In this document: one piece after another, positions 35,768-44,029 of the stretch
How the letters are laid out: every line of letters begins with the position of its first letter
Numbering within the stretch: the first letter of the stretch is position 1
Assembly (NCBI GenBank): GCA_965649055.1
Contig: CBFGJG010000003.1
Location: 22,998-86,997 of the forward strand
Source of the DNA: a candidate division WOR-3 bacterium
Lineage (GTDB): Bacteria > Hydrothermota > UBA3072 > B12-G15
Direction: 5' to 3'
DNA: 64,000 nucleotides
Position numbers and translations under genes: made by a program
Notes under the pieces: generated by a model
Told to the model about the DNA's origin: nothing
Database searches by the model: none
The model's input: only the letters and a program-made list of their open reading frames with translations

Positions 35768-38700
35768 ATGAAAAAATTTATTTTAATTTTGTTACTGTTT
35801 TCTTTGTCAAGTTATACCCAGACAATGCCCTGTGATGCACCACCAACAATTATGAGGGCTGTAAAACCAAATCTTATTTTTCTCCTTGATATTTCACTCT
35901 CTATGTATGCAAGGGCATACTGGTTTGGTAGTGGTGACCCAAGAACTAATTATAATCCAAATATGCGTTATTATGGTTATTTTCACCCTGATTCAATTTA
36001 CGTTTATAGTGACCCGCAATGGGTTACAACAGGTCAAGGTGCAAATGGTGATTACCGAGTTACAACAACTAACTTTGATTTTAAGAATAAGAGAATACTT
36101 GGGAATATATTAAATTGGGCAACTATGTCAAGATGGGACATTATGAAGAAGGTTCTTGTTGGTGGTGAAGGGAATCCAACTTCAGACTATGTGAATGAAA
36201 AACTGCAAAGCAGGGGTGGTTATACTTCTGGAGATGATGGTTGGCCTACTCCTTTGATTACCCTTGTTTCTGATTCGACAGTTCAATACAGATTTGACAG
36301 GACATCACAGGGAGCAACTTCAATAGTTGTTGATTCTTTTTATAATGGAAAATGGAAAAAGAATTTTACGGCATCGCTGACAAAAATAGATGTTTCAACT
36401 CTTTCTACTGATTACAGGATAGGAATCCTTGCTAAAATAGGTGACCAAGACCTTGATAGAAAATGGGACGGTGGGAATCAGATACCGAGATTTGCAGTTA
36501 TGGTATATACTGAAGATTCTAAAGAAAATAAAATTCTAAAATTAATTAAAGATAATGGTTTCTCCGCTAATGATTCAGGGCAGAATGCTGCCGAATTAAT
36601 TACAGGTATAAAAGAACAACCGATTGGATATGCTACAAATGTTGGTGATGCCATCCTTCAGGCAATACATTATTTTGCTTCCGAAAAAGACCATTTTGGT
36701 AACTACAATAAATTCCCCGATGACCCTTATCTTAGAAAGGTAATAGGAAATATATATGACACATTATGGTGTGCACATTCTTTCGTCGTTCTCCTTGGAG
36801 ATGGACAGGCAAATAGGGATCAAATTGTTACAACAACCGATTATTCAGGAACCCACAGAATTCCTGTTGGCTATAGAGGGGACATACAGTCCTTATGTAG
36901 TTATAATAATAATCTAACAGGATATGATACGGATAGTTGGGATGATGTGAATTCAAAGAAAGACTGTTCAGACGATGGTTATTATACAGAAACAGACCAT
37001 AGGGCAGATGATTATGCATATTATGCACATGTTACAGATTTGAGGGTGGATGGTGGAACAAGAACGCCTTCTAACCTAAAAGGTGAACAAAAATTAACAT
37101 TTTATACAGTTTTTTGTTTTGGAAAAGGTGCAAATCTTTTTAAGAGTATAGCAAAATGGGGTGGATTCAATGATAGAAATTTGGACAAACTACCACAGAG
37201 AGATGAATATGATGAAAACAACGATGGGGTTCCAGATAAATATTATGAAGCAGAAACGGGTGATTCCCTTGAATCATCCATAAGGAAGATTATTTACGAG
37301 GTTATGGCAACTGTTTCTTCCGGAACTGCTACTGCAATAGTTGCAACAGGGACAAGGGGAGAAGGTGTTGGGACTTATGCAATGTATTATCCAAGAAAAT
37401 TCTATGGGCAGACTGCAATTGATTGGATAGGTATGCTTCATGGTGTCTGGGTAGATCCATTTGGAAATCTTAGAGAAGAAACAGAAGGTAATCTACAGAT
37501 GCATCTTAAGAATGATTTTGTTATAAGGATGGAATACGATACTGCTTCGGGAGAAACAAAGGTTTTAAGATACAGAGATATAAATGGTGATAACAAAAAT
37601 TTACAATTTGTAGATCAGGTAAATTATGATAATTTAAAAACAATATTCGACCTTGGAAAATATCTATTAGATGTTTCATCTAATATAAGAAATATCTGGA
37701 CTTTTATTAACAATACTGAAATAGAATTTAAAGCTGCTAACAAAAATATTATAAAGCCATATTTAGATGTTTCTACTGATGGTGAGGCTGATACATTGAT
37801 AAGATATATAAGGGGGGAAAATGACTTTGGTTTTAGAAATAGGAAGCTTCCTGATAATAGACTTTACAAGTTGGGTGATATAATGTTCTCTTCACCACTT
37901 GTTGTAGGGCCGCCTATGGAAAGGTATGACCTGCTTTATGGTGATACAAGTTATATGTCTTATTTCAGAAAATATAATTTTGATGAAAAAAGAAGGTCTG
38001 TGGTTTATGCAGGTGCAAATGATGGAATGTTACACTGTGTAAATATTGGTCTTTACTATACTGATTCAGGTGTTGTTGCAGGACATCTCGACCCTGCAGG
38101 CCATACCCCAGGTAAAGAACTCTGGGCTTATATACCATTTAACCTTTTACCACACCTAAAATGGTTAAAAGAGAAAGAATACTGTCATGTTTATTATGTT
38201 GATTTAAAACCATATCCAACAGATGCTAAGATTTTCACAGCAGATAACACACATATAAATGGATGGGGAACAGTGCTTATTTCTGGCTTCAGAATGGGTG
38301 GAACCAAATACACACTCCCAGGTGGAACAATACTTTCTTCGGGTTATGCATGTATTGATGTCACAAACCCATTAAACCCTGATGTCCTATGGGAATGGAA
38401 GATACCTGAATACACATATTCTACATCCTATCCAAATGTAATTAAAGTTCAAAATAACTGGTATATGATAGTTGGAACAGGACCAACACAATTCAATGGT
38501 TATAGTTCAATAAATGCAAAACTTTATGTTCTTAATCTTTCTGATGGTTCTGTAGTTAAGACATTTACTTTATCAGAACCCCGTTCAGCAATAGGTGATA
38601 TTATTTCTGTTGACCTTGACCTTGATTATAATGTTGATCTTGTTTATTTTGGAACTTATTATGATGCAGTTGGGAATATTGCACCGGCAGATTTTAGGGG

Positions 38701-39424
38701 AAATCTTTATAGATTAAACACAAGAGAATCAGCAGATCCAAACAATTGGACACTTACTAAATTATTTGGACCAACAAGGCCAATTACTGCTGCACCTGCT
38801 GCAACACTTGATGAACAGGGTAAACTCTGGATTTACTTTGGCACTGGTAAATATTTTTCAAGCGATGATGTTTCAGATAAAACTACAGAATATTTTTATG
38901 GTATTAAAGACACTGATACATCTTCAACTGTTTCAATTTCTGAACTTCAAAATGTTACAAATGTTAAAGTTTATGGACCTGATTCTGTTACTGGATTATC
39001 GGGTGTTAAAAATTTCAATGAATTGGAAACGTTCTTAAGAGGGAAGAAAGGATGGTACAGGGTCCTGTCATTTAGTGGTGAAAAATCATTCACAAGACCT
39101 TACGTAATTGGTGGAACACTTGTATACACGACTTTCACCCCAACCGGTGATATATGTGAGGCGACCGGCAAGGGAAGACTTTATGCATTATATTATTACA
39201 CTGGAACTGCCTATAAAAACCCTATTCTTCCCAAAAACCCTATTACAGGTGAACATGAGGTTTTAGCCGACTTAGGGCCAGGTCTTCCAGCTGAGCCAAG
39301 TTTGTATGTTGGTCCTACAGATGAAAAGATATATATACAGATTAGTGGTGCTGTAAAACAGATAGAAAATATAAACCTTGTAATGGACCCAAGGGGTGGT
39401 CTTATAATGTGGAAAAGGAGGTAA
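35768..39424 (+). CDS. pilY1: PilY1/PilC-like type IV pilus tip adhesin with N-terminal vWA (MIDAS) domain and C-terminal beta-propeller
   Basis: 1218 aa with RBS GGGAGG and a signal peptide. MIDAS motif LIFLLDISLSM. The C-terminal region (WIYFGTGKYFSSDD, LYALYYYTG) resembles the PilY1 beta-propeller domain. It follows the fimU-pilV-pilW-pilX order. Confidence 0.7.
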   Translation: MKKFILILLLFSLSSYTQTMPCDAPPTIMRAVKPNLIFLLDISLSMYARAYWFGSGDPRTNYNPNMRYYGYFHPDSIYVYSDPQWVTTGQGANGDYRVTTTNFDFKNKRILGNILNWATMSRWDIMKKVLVGGEGNPTSDYVNEKLQSRGGYTSGDDGWPTPLITLVSDSTVQYRFDRTSQGATSIVVDSFYNGKWKKNFTASLTKIDVSTLSTDYRIGILAKIGDQDLDRKWDGGNQIPRFAVMVYTEDSKENKILKLIKDNGFSANDSGQNAAELITGIKEQPIGYATNVGDAILQAIHYFASEKDHFGNYNKFPDDPYLRKVIGNIYDTLWCAHSFVVLLGDGQANRDQIVTTTDYSGTHRIPVGYRGDIQSLCSYNNNLTGYDTDSWDDVNSKKDCSDDGYYTETDHRADDYAYYAHVTDLRVDGGTRTPSNLKGEQKLTFYTVFCFGKGANLFKSIAKWGGFNDRNLDKLPQRDEYDENNDGVPDKYYEAETGDSLESSIRKIIYEVMATVSSGTATAIVATGTRGEGVGTYAMYYPRKFYGQTAIDWIGMLHGVWVDPFGNLREETEGNLQMHLKNDFVIRMEYDTASGETKVLRYRDINGDNKNLQFVDQVNYDNLKTIFDLGKYLLDVSSNIRNIWTFINNTEIEFKAANKNIIKPYLDVSTDGEADTLIRYIRGENDFGFRNRKLPDNRLYKLGDIMFSSPLVVGPPMERYDLLYGDTSYMSYFRKYNFDEKRRSVVYAGANDGMLHCVNIGLYYTDSGVVAGHLDPAGHTPGKELWAYIPFNLLPHLKWLKEKEYCHVYYVDLKPYPTDAKIFTADNTHINGWGTVLISGFRMGGTKYTLPGGTILSSGYACIDVTNPLNPDVLWEWKIPEYTYSTSYPNVIKVQNNWYMIVGTGPTQFNGYSSINAKLYVLNLSDGSVVKTFTLSEPRSAIGDIISVDLDLDYNVDLVYFGTYYDAVGNIAPADFRGNLYRLNTRESADPNNWTLTKLFGPTRPITAAPAATLDEQGKLWIYFGTGKYFSSDDVSDKTTEYFYGIKDTDTSSTVSISELQNVTNVKVYGPDSVTGLSGVKNFNELETFLRGKKGWYRVLSFSGEKSFTRPYVIGGTLVYTTFTPTGDICEATGKGRLYALYYYTGTAYKNPILPKNPITGEHEVLADLGPGLPAEPSLYVGPTDEKIYIQISGAVKQIENINLVMDPRGGLIMWKRR

Positions 39425-39426
39425 TT

Positions 39427-39825
39427 ATGCAAATTTATGTGTTAATGTTTTTATTGTTATCAAAACCAAATATAAAATTACATTTAGATGATAAAGATGA
39501 AGGCTATCTTTATAGGGGTGGTGCATTTTGTGATAGTATTGTCAATAACATTATCTATCTAAGAGATTGTAAAGAGTTAATATTATCAGAAGATCTGGAT
39601 ATAACCATAGGAAAAAATCCATATTTTTTTGTTGACACACTTGAAAATCCTGTTAATTTATTTACCTTGAAAATGCCCTGTGTTCTTTTAATAGAGATGA
39701 TATTGCCAAAATATTATCCTGAAGACAGTATAGAATTAATGCTTGAAAAGGCAAGAAGTATTCATCGGATTGTATATATAAAAGAAACAACTGAAGAAGA
39801 AATACAGAACTCTTATTGTAAGTGA
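39427..39825 (+). CDS. Hypothetical protein
   Basis: AAGGAGG 5 nt before the ATG at 39427, 3 nt after the pilY1 stop. 132 aa with a hydrophobic N-terminus (MQIYVLMFLLLS). Confidence 0.4.
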   Translation: MQIYVLMFLLLSKPNIKLHLDDKDEGYLYRGGAFCDSIVNNIIYLRDCKELILSEDLDITIGKNPYFFVDTLENPVNLFTLKMPCVLLIEMILPKYYPEDSIELMLEKARSIHRIVYIKETTEEEIQNSYCK

Positions 39826-39841
39826 AATGAAGATTTGAAAA

Positions 39842-40735
39842 ATGGAGGTCGAAATAAAAATGTTAATTTTATTGATAATATTATTATTTTTTTCCTGCAA
39901 TAGGAAATCAGGTGAAAATGTAAAGAATTCTCCCCCTTCCATAGACAGGGCAGAGATAATTCCTTCAATGGTTTATAAAAACACGAAAGCACAGGTTCGC
40001 GTTTTTAGTAAAGATAATGACAAAGATAATATAACCTATAAATTCAAATGGTTCGTTAACGACGAAGAATATCTTGAAGAAAGTGAGATAGAACTTAAAC
40101 TACTTTCAAAAGGGGATAAGATTTATGTTGAAATAACACCTTTTGACGGAAAAGAATATGGAAAACCTTATAGAACGGCAGAAAAATATATAAGGAATTC
40201 AAAACCTGTTATGATAAGCGCAAGGATAGAACCTGATACAATAACTTCCAATGTAAAGGAGATAAAGATTATAGGAAATGGAGAAGATATTGATGGTGAT
40301 AATCTGACTTATACCTGTGAATGGTTCTTAAATAACAAAAAACTCGATGAAACCTCAACTGTTTTAAAGGGAAATTTTAAAAAGAACGATGTTATAAATT
40401 TTATTGTGCGTGCAAACGATGGAGAAGAGACATCTGAAAATTTTGTCAGCGCAGTCATTTATGTAAAGAATGCACCACCTGCATTTCAGATGAAAGAAGA
40501 TTCCATAAAGATTTCATCTAATAGTTTCAATTTTAAGGTAAATGCAATTGATCATGATGGAGATAAGATTAAATATTCTATTGTTTCTTCAAATTTGCCT
40601 TTGACCATTGATGAGAATACGGGTGTTGTTTCAGGACAGATACCCGAAGGGTTTACGGGAATAACTATTCAGGTTAAGGCAGAGGATGGTGAAGGGGCAT
40701 ACAGTATAAAAAATATAAATTTAGGAATAAGATAA
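39842..40735 (+). CDS. Lipoprotein with tandem Ig-like (He_PIG/cadherin-like) repeats
   Basis: Lipobox LLFFSC (the likely start is the internal ATG at 39860). Repeated ~90-aa units (ITYKFKWFVNDEEY... and LTYTCEWFLNNKKL...). C-terminal IDHDGDKIKYSIVSSNLPLTIDENTGVVSGQIP matches the 'putative Ig' motif. Confidence 0.5.
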   Translation: MEVEIKMLILLIILLFFSCNRKSGENVKNSPPSIDRAEIIPSMVYKNTKAQVRVFSKDNDKDNITYKFKWFVNDEEYLEESEIELKLLSKGDKIYVEITPFDGKEYGKPYRTAEKYIRNSKPVMISARIEPDTITSNVKEIKIIGNGEDIDGDNLTYTCEWFLNNKKLDETSTVLKGNFKKNDVINFIVRANDGEETSENFVSAVIYVKNAPPAFQMKEDSIKISSNSFNFKVNAIDHDGDKIKYSIVSSNLPLTIDENTGVVSGQIPEGFTGITIQVKAEDGEGAYSIKNINLGIR

Positions 40736-40742
40736 GAATTTT

Positions 40743-41795
40743 ATGAATAATGGATACATACTTCTTTTGACAACTTTTTTAATATTGATTTTTTCTTTTA
40801 TTGGATTTACAATTTTATTAAATTTAAATATTGAAATAAAAAATGTGTCTAATGAGATTAATAGTTTTGTAGATATAAACAATGTTGAAGATGCACTTAA
40901 AGAAGTTATATTCAGGTTATCGGATTCTCAAAGCCAGTATTATATTGGTGAAACTGGTATTTTAAACCCTGATTGGTCCATTGTTATTACAAATAGTGAA
41001 ATAAAAAAAGAAATTCATAAAAGGGTTTATTCATCTGTAAAATTTTTATTCGGTGATACCCTAAATAAAATAGAAGAAATAAGGCTTTCTTATAAAAAGA
41101 AAGATGGACTACTCTATTTCTATGATGAAAAGAATAATGTCCAATTTGCAGGTGAGCCAAAAGAGTTTTCGAATAGATTCAAACCTGTTATAATTGTAGA
41201 TATTAACCAGAAAAAAAAATATTATGAAAAAAATAGAAGGTATGAAATAGTTGAAGTTAATAATAATTCAGAGATTGAAAATGTTCTATATTTTCAGAAT
41301 ACATATTTTGACTCAATATCTCCTATTGTTATCTGTGATTTTGACCATAGGGAGGATATTCCATTTAACACAAATATAGATTTCTGTAAAGTATTTCATA
41401 ATGGGAATGGAAATTCATATCAAGGGAAACAGAAAATTAATCTTGAATTTCAGAATATAAAGTGGAAAGACACTATCAAGGAAGAATTTGGGTTTTATAG
41501 ATTGGATGAATTGAAAAATGATATAAAAGGTAAAGGATTGATTTATTTTGGAAGAGACCTAAGGTTGAATGGAAATGTAAACATATACTGGAAAGGTCTT
41601 TTTTATATAGATGGTTCTTTGATTATTTCACCTGAATATTCAGGCACAATCTGGATATGCGGTTCTTTATCTGTTAAAAATGATATTATTTATATGGGAA
41701 AAAGAAATGATGTTATAACTATTCTATATTCATCAGAAAACCTGAGATTCCTGAATCATAAAAAATTCTTGATTCTGAATGAAAGGATGGAATGA
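40743..41795 (+). CDS. Membrane-anchored hypothetical protein (pilus-associated?)
   Basis: N-terminal hydrophobic anchor GYILLLTTFLILIFSFIGFTILL resembles pilin-like N-termini but lacks the G-F/E motif. 350 aa. Confidence 0.4.
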   Translation: MNNGYILLLTTFLILIFSFIGFTILLNLNIEIKNVSNEINSFVDINNVEDALKEVIFRLSDSQSQYYIGETGILNPDWSIVITNSEIKKEIHKRVYSSVKFLFGDTLNKIEEIRLSYKKKDGLLYFYDEKNNVQFAGEPKEFSNRFKPVIIVDINQKKKYYEKNRRYEIVEVNNNSEIENVLYFQNTYFDSISPIVICDFDHREDIPFNTNIDFCKVFHNGNGNSYQGKQKINLEFQNIKWKDTIKEEFGFYRLDELKNDIKGKGLIYFGRDLRLNGNVNIYWKGLFYIDGSLIISPEYSGTIWICGSLSVKNDIIYMGKRNDVITILYSSENLRFLNHKKFLILNERME

Positions 41796-42721
41796 AAAAA
41801 ATATCTTTAATAGTGAACTTTTTTTCTTTTAAGAAGATGCAGAATACTGTCCTTGAAATTGAGAAAAGACTCAAAAACTCCGGATTTAACACTGATTTAA
41901 AGGTTACTGATTATCCTTTTCACGCATATTATATTGCAAGGGATTCTGTGTTGAATGGTTCTTCCCTGATTGTATCGTTAGGTGGAGATGGAACAATAAA
42001 TGAGGTGATAAATGGTGTTTTATCTATTAAAGAGCAAGAATTACCGGAAATAGGTTTTATACCGCTCGGGACAGGTGTTGATTTTGTGAAAACAGTTGGT
42101 ATATCAAGGAAAATGGAAGAGGCACTTGATACAATAATAAATGGTGATGTTATATATTCAGATGTCGGGAGGGTTGTCCTAAATGAAAATGAGAAAGTTT
42201 ATACAAGATATTTTATAAATGTTCTTGATGCAGGGCTTGGTGGTAGTGTTGTTAGAATAGCCAGGAGATTACCCAAATCACTTGGTGGATATCCTGTGTT
42301 CCTTATTTCAAGTCTTTTGGGAATATTAACATTTAAACCATTCAAGGTAAAGATATTCATTGATGACGAATTTGTAGATGAAGGAAAAATAACCATTATA
42401 GGTGCAGCTAATGGAAGATATTTTGGGGGCGGTATGCATATTGCACCTATGGCAAAGATAGACGATGGAATCTTTGAATTCCTTTATGTTAAAGATACAA
42501 ATATATACACATTCATAAAAGAGGTGTTATTACCTGTTTATGACGCAAATCATCTTAAATATAAAAAACTTTACCATTTTAGGGGTAAAAAACTTAAGAT
42601 TTTAGGTGAAAATCATTTTCTTTTTGAGATGGACGGTGAACCTCTAAAGGCAAGGGAGATAGAATTAAGTATAGTTCAAAATAGAATTAAACTGAAGATT
42701 CCAAGAAAAAATCACTATTGA
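41792..42721 (+). CDS. Diacylglycerol-kinase catalytic-domain lipid kinase (YegS/BmrU family)
   Basis: VSLGGDGTINEVINGV contains the DAGK_cat GGDGT motif. 309 aa, with an ATGA overlap to the upstream gene. Confidence 0.75.
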   Translation: MKKISLIVNFFSFKKMQNTVLEIEKRLKNSGFNTDLKVTDYPFHAYYIARDSVLNGSSLIVSLGGDGTINEVINGVLSIKEQELPEIGFIPLGTGVDFVKTVGISRKMEEALDTIINGDVIYSDVGRVVLNENEKVYTRYFINVLDAGLGGSVVRIARRLPKSLGGYPVFLISSLLGILTFKPFKVKIFIDDEFVDEGKITIIGAANGRYFGGGMHIAPMAKIDDGIFEFLYVKDTNIYTFIKEVLLPVYDANHLKYKKLYHFRGKKLKILGENHFLFEMDGEPLKAREIELSIVQNRIKLKIPRKNHY

Positions 42722-42760
42722 CATTTTACATTAAGAACATATAATTAACAAAAATGTTAA
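42718..42760 (+). promoter_or_regulatory. Promoter (TTGACA-16-TATAAT) followed by palindrome TTAACA-AAAA-TGTTAA upstream of the AbiEi-like gene
   Basis: TTGACA at 42718-42723 overlaps the DAGK stop, and TATAAT is at 42740-42745. A perfect 6-bp inverted repeat at 42745-42760 overlaps the predicted transcription start. Confidence 0.45.
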
Positions 42761-42766
42761 TTTTTT

Positions 42767-43333
42767 ATGCTTAATGATAAACTTTTCTTTTCTGTTGAAG
42801 ATATTTCAAAAGAAAGAAGGATTTCAATAGGTTCTTCTAGAGTTTATCTTTCGAGGAAAATTAAGAAAGGCGATTTTTTAAGAGTTAAAAGGGATTTTTA
42901 TATAAAAACAGAAAGATTTTCAAATATGGGACTAGAAGAATTTTTTTATATTTCGAATTTTCTCCAATCTCCTTCTTATATTTCTCTTATGACTGCTTTA
43001 AATTTTTATGATATGACGTTACAGGTTCCAAGAATTATAGAAAATATATGTATTTACAGGACTAAAATATATACTGTAAAAGATTTTGAATTCAAGTATT
43101 ACAAGATAAACAGAAAACTCTTTTTTGGATATATAAGGGAAGGAAGTTTTTTTATTGCGACAAAGGAAAAAGCATTTTTTGATATGCTTTATCTTGCATC
43201 TTTTGGAAAATATCAATTTTCTATTTCTGAGATAAATTTAGATAGGTTTGACAAAAAAATATTAATTAATTTAGAAAAAAAATATCCAGAAAAGACAAAG
43301 CAATTTTTTAGAAAAATATGGAAGAACTTATAA
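42767..43333 (+). CDS. AbiEi-like antitoxin / transcriptional regulator (type IV TA, abortive-infection family)
   Basis: 188 aa immediately upstream of, and overlapping by 16 nt, a DUF1814/AbiEii-type nucleotidyltransferase. The N-terminal region has a winged-helix-like character. The assignment rests mainly on gene-pair context. Confidence 0.45.
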   Translation: MLNDKLFFSVEDISKERRISIGSSRVYLSRKIKKGDFLRVKRDFYIKTERFSNMGLEEFFYISNFLQSPSYISLMTALNFYDMTLQVPRIIENICIYRTKIYTVKDFEFKYYKINRKLFFGYIREGSFFIATKEKAFFDMLYLASFGKYQFSISEINLDRFDKKILINLEKKYPEKTKQFFRKIWKNL

Positions 43334-43989
43334 AACAGGAAAAATTTGAGATAGAAGTTCTTGAAAAAATGAAGAATAAAGGACATTTAAAAAACCTTAT
43401 ATTTTGTGGTGGAACAATGTTAAGACTTTGTTATGGTTTAAACAGGTATTCTTTAGACCTTGATTTCTGGCTTTTAAAAAAAATTGAAGTAAATATTTTT
43501 TTTGATGGAATTAAAGACTTTTTCGCTTCTGAATATATATTAACAGATGCATCAAATAAATTTCATACTCTTCTTTTTGAGATCAAATCAAAAAAGTATC
43601 CCAAAAAGTTAAAGATAGAAATAAGAAAAGAAGAGAAAAATATAAAAACGGAAAAAATGATTGCATTCAGTAAACACTCTAATATTCAAGTAATAGTGGA
43701 TGTTCCCACATTACAAGAAATGCTAAATGAAAAAATAATAACATTTATTGAAAGGAAGGAAATCAGAGATGCCTTTGATATTGAATTTATAACAAGAAGA
43801 GGTATTCTACTTTCAGTTACAAAGGAGAATGCAAAAAAAATACTCGAAACTATAGAATCACTTAAAAAAGTTGATTATAATGTAAAATTAGGTTCAATAC
43901 TTGAAAAAGGAGAAAGAGAATACTACAAGAAACAGAATTTTAATTTTTTAAAAACGATTTTGTATTCTATTATAAATAGAGAAGATTAA
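43318..43989 (+). CDS. AbiEii/AbiGii-family nucleotidyltransferase toxin (DUF1814)
   Basis: LIFCGGTMLRLCYGLNRYSLDLDFWL matches the AbiEii N-terminal nucleotidyltransferase motif (GGTAL...R-x-S-x-D-L-D-F). 223 aa. Confidence 0.6.
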   Translation: MEELIKQEKFEIEVLEKMKNKGHLKNLIFCGGTMLRLCYGLNRYSLDLDFWLLKKIEVNIFFDGIKDFFASEYILTDASNKFHTLLFEIKSKKYPKKLKIEIRKEEKNIKTEKMIAFSKHSNIQVIVDVPTLQEMLNEKIITFIERKEIRDAFDIEFITRRGILLSVTKENAKKILETIESLKKVDYNVKLGSILEKGEREYYKKQNFNFLKTILYSIINRED

Positions 43990-43993
43990 AATA

Positions 43994-44021
43994 TTGACAA
44001 ATTTCATTGAATTCTTATAAT
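43994..44021 (+). promoter_or_regulatory. Consensus sigma-70 promoter TTGACA-16-TATAAT 8 nt before the leuS ATG (leaderless leuS)
   Basis: TTGACA at 43994-43999 and TATAAT at 44016-44021. The ATG is at 44030 with no SD sequence. Confidence 0.6.
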
Positions 44022-44029
44022 GTATAAAA

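Noticed and set aside
39409-39426. ORF-track start at 39409 overlapping the pilY1 3' end
   Set aside because: An AAGGAGG site precedes the ATG at 39427 with ideal spacing, and that start also avoids the overlap.
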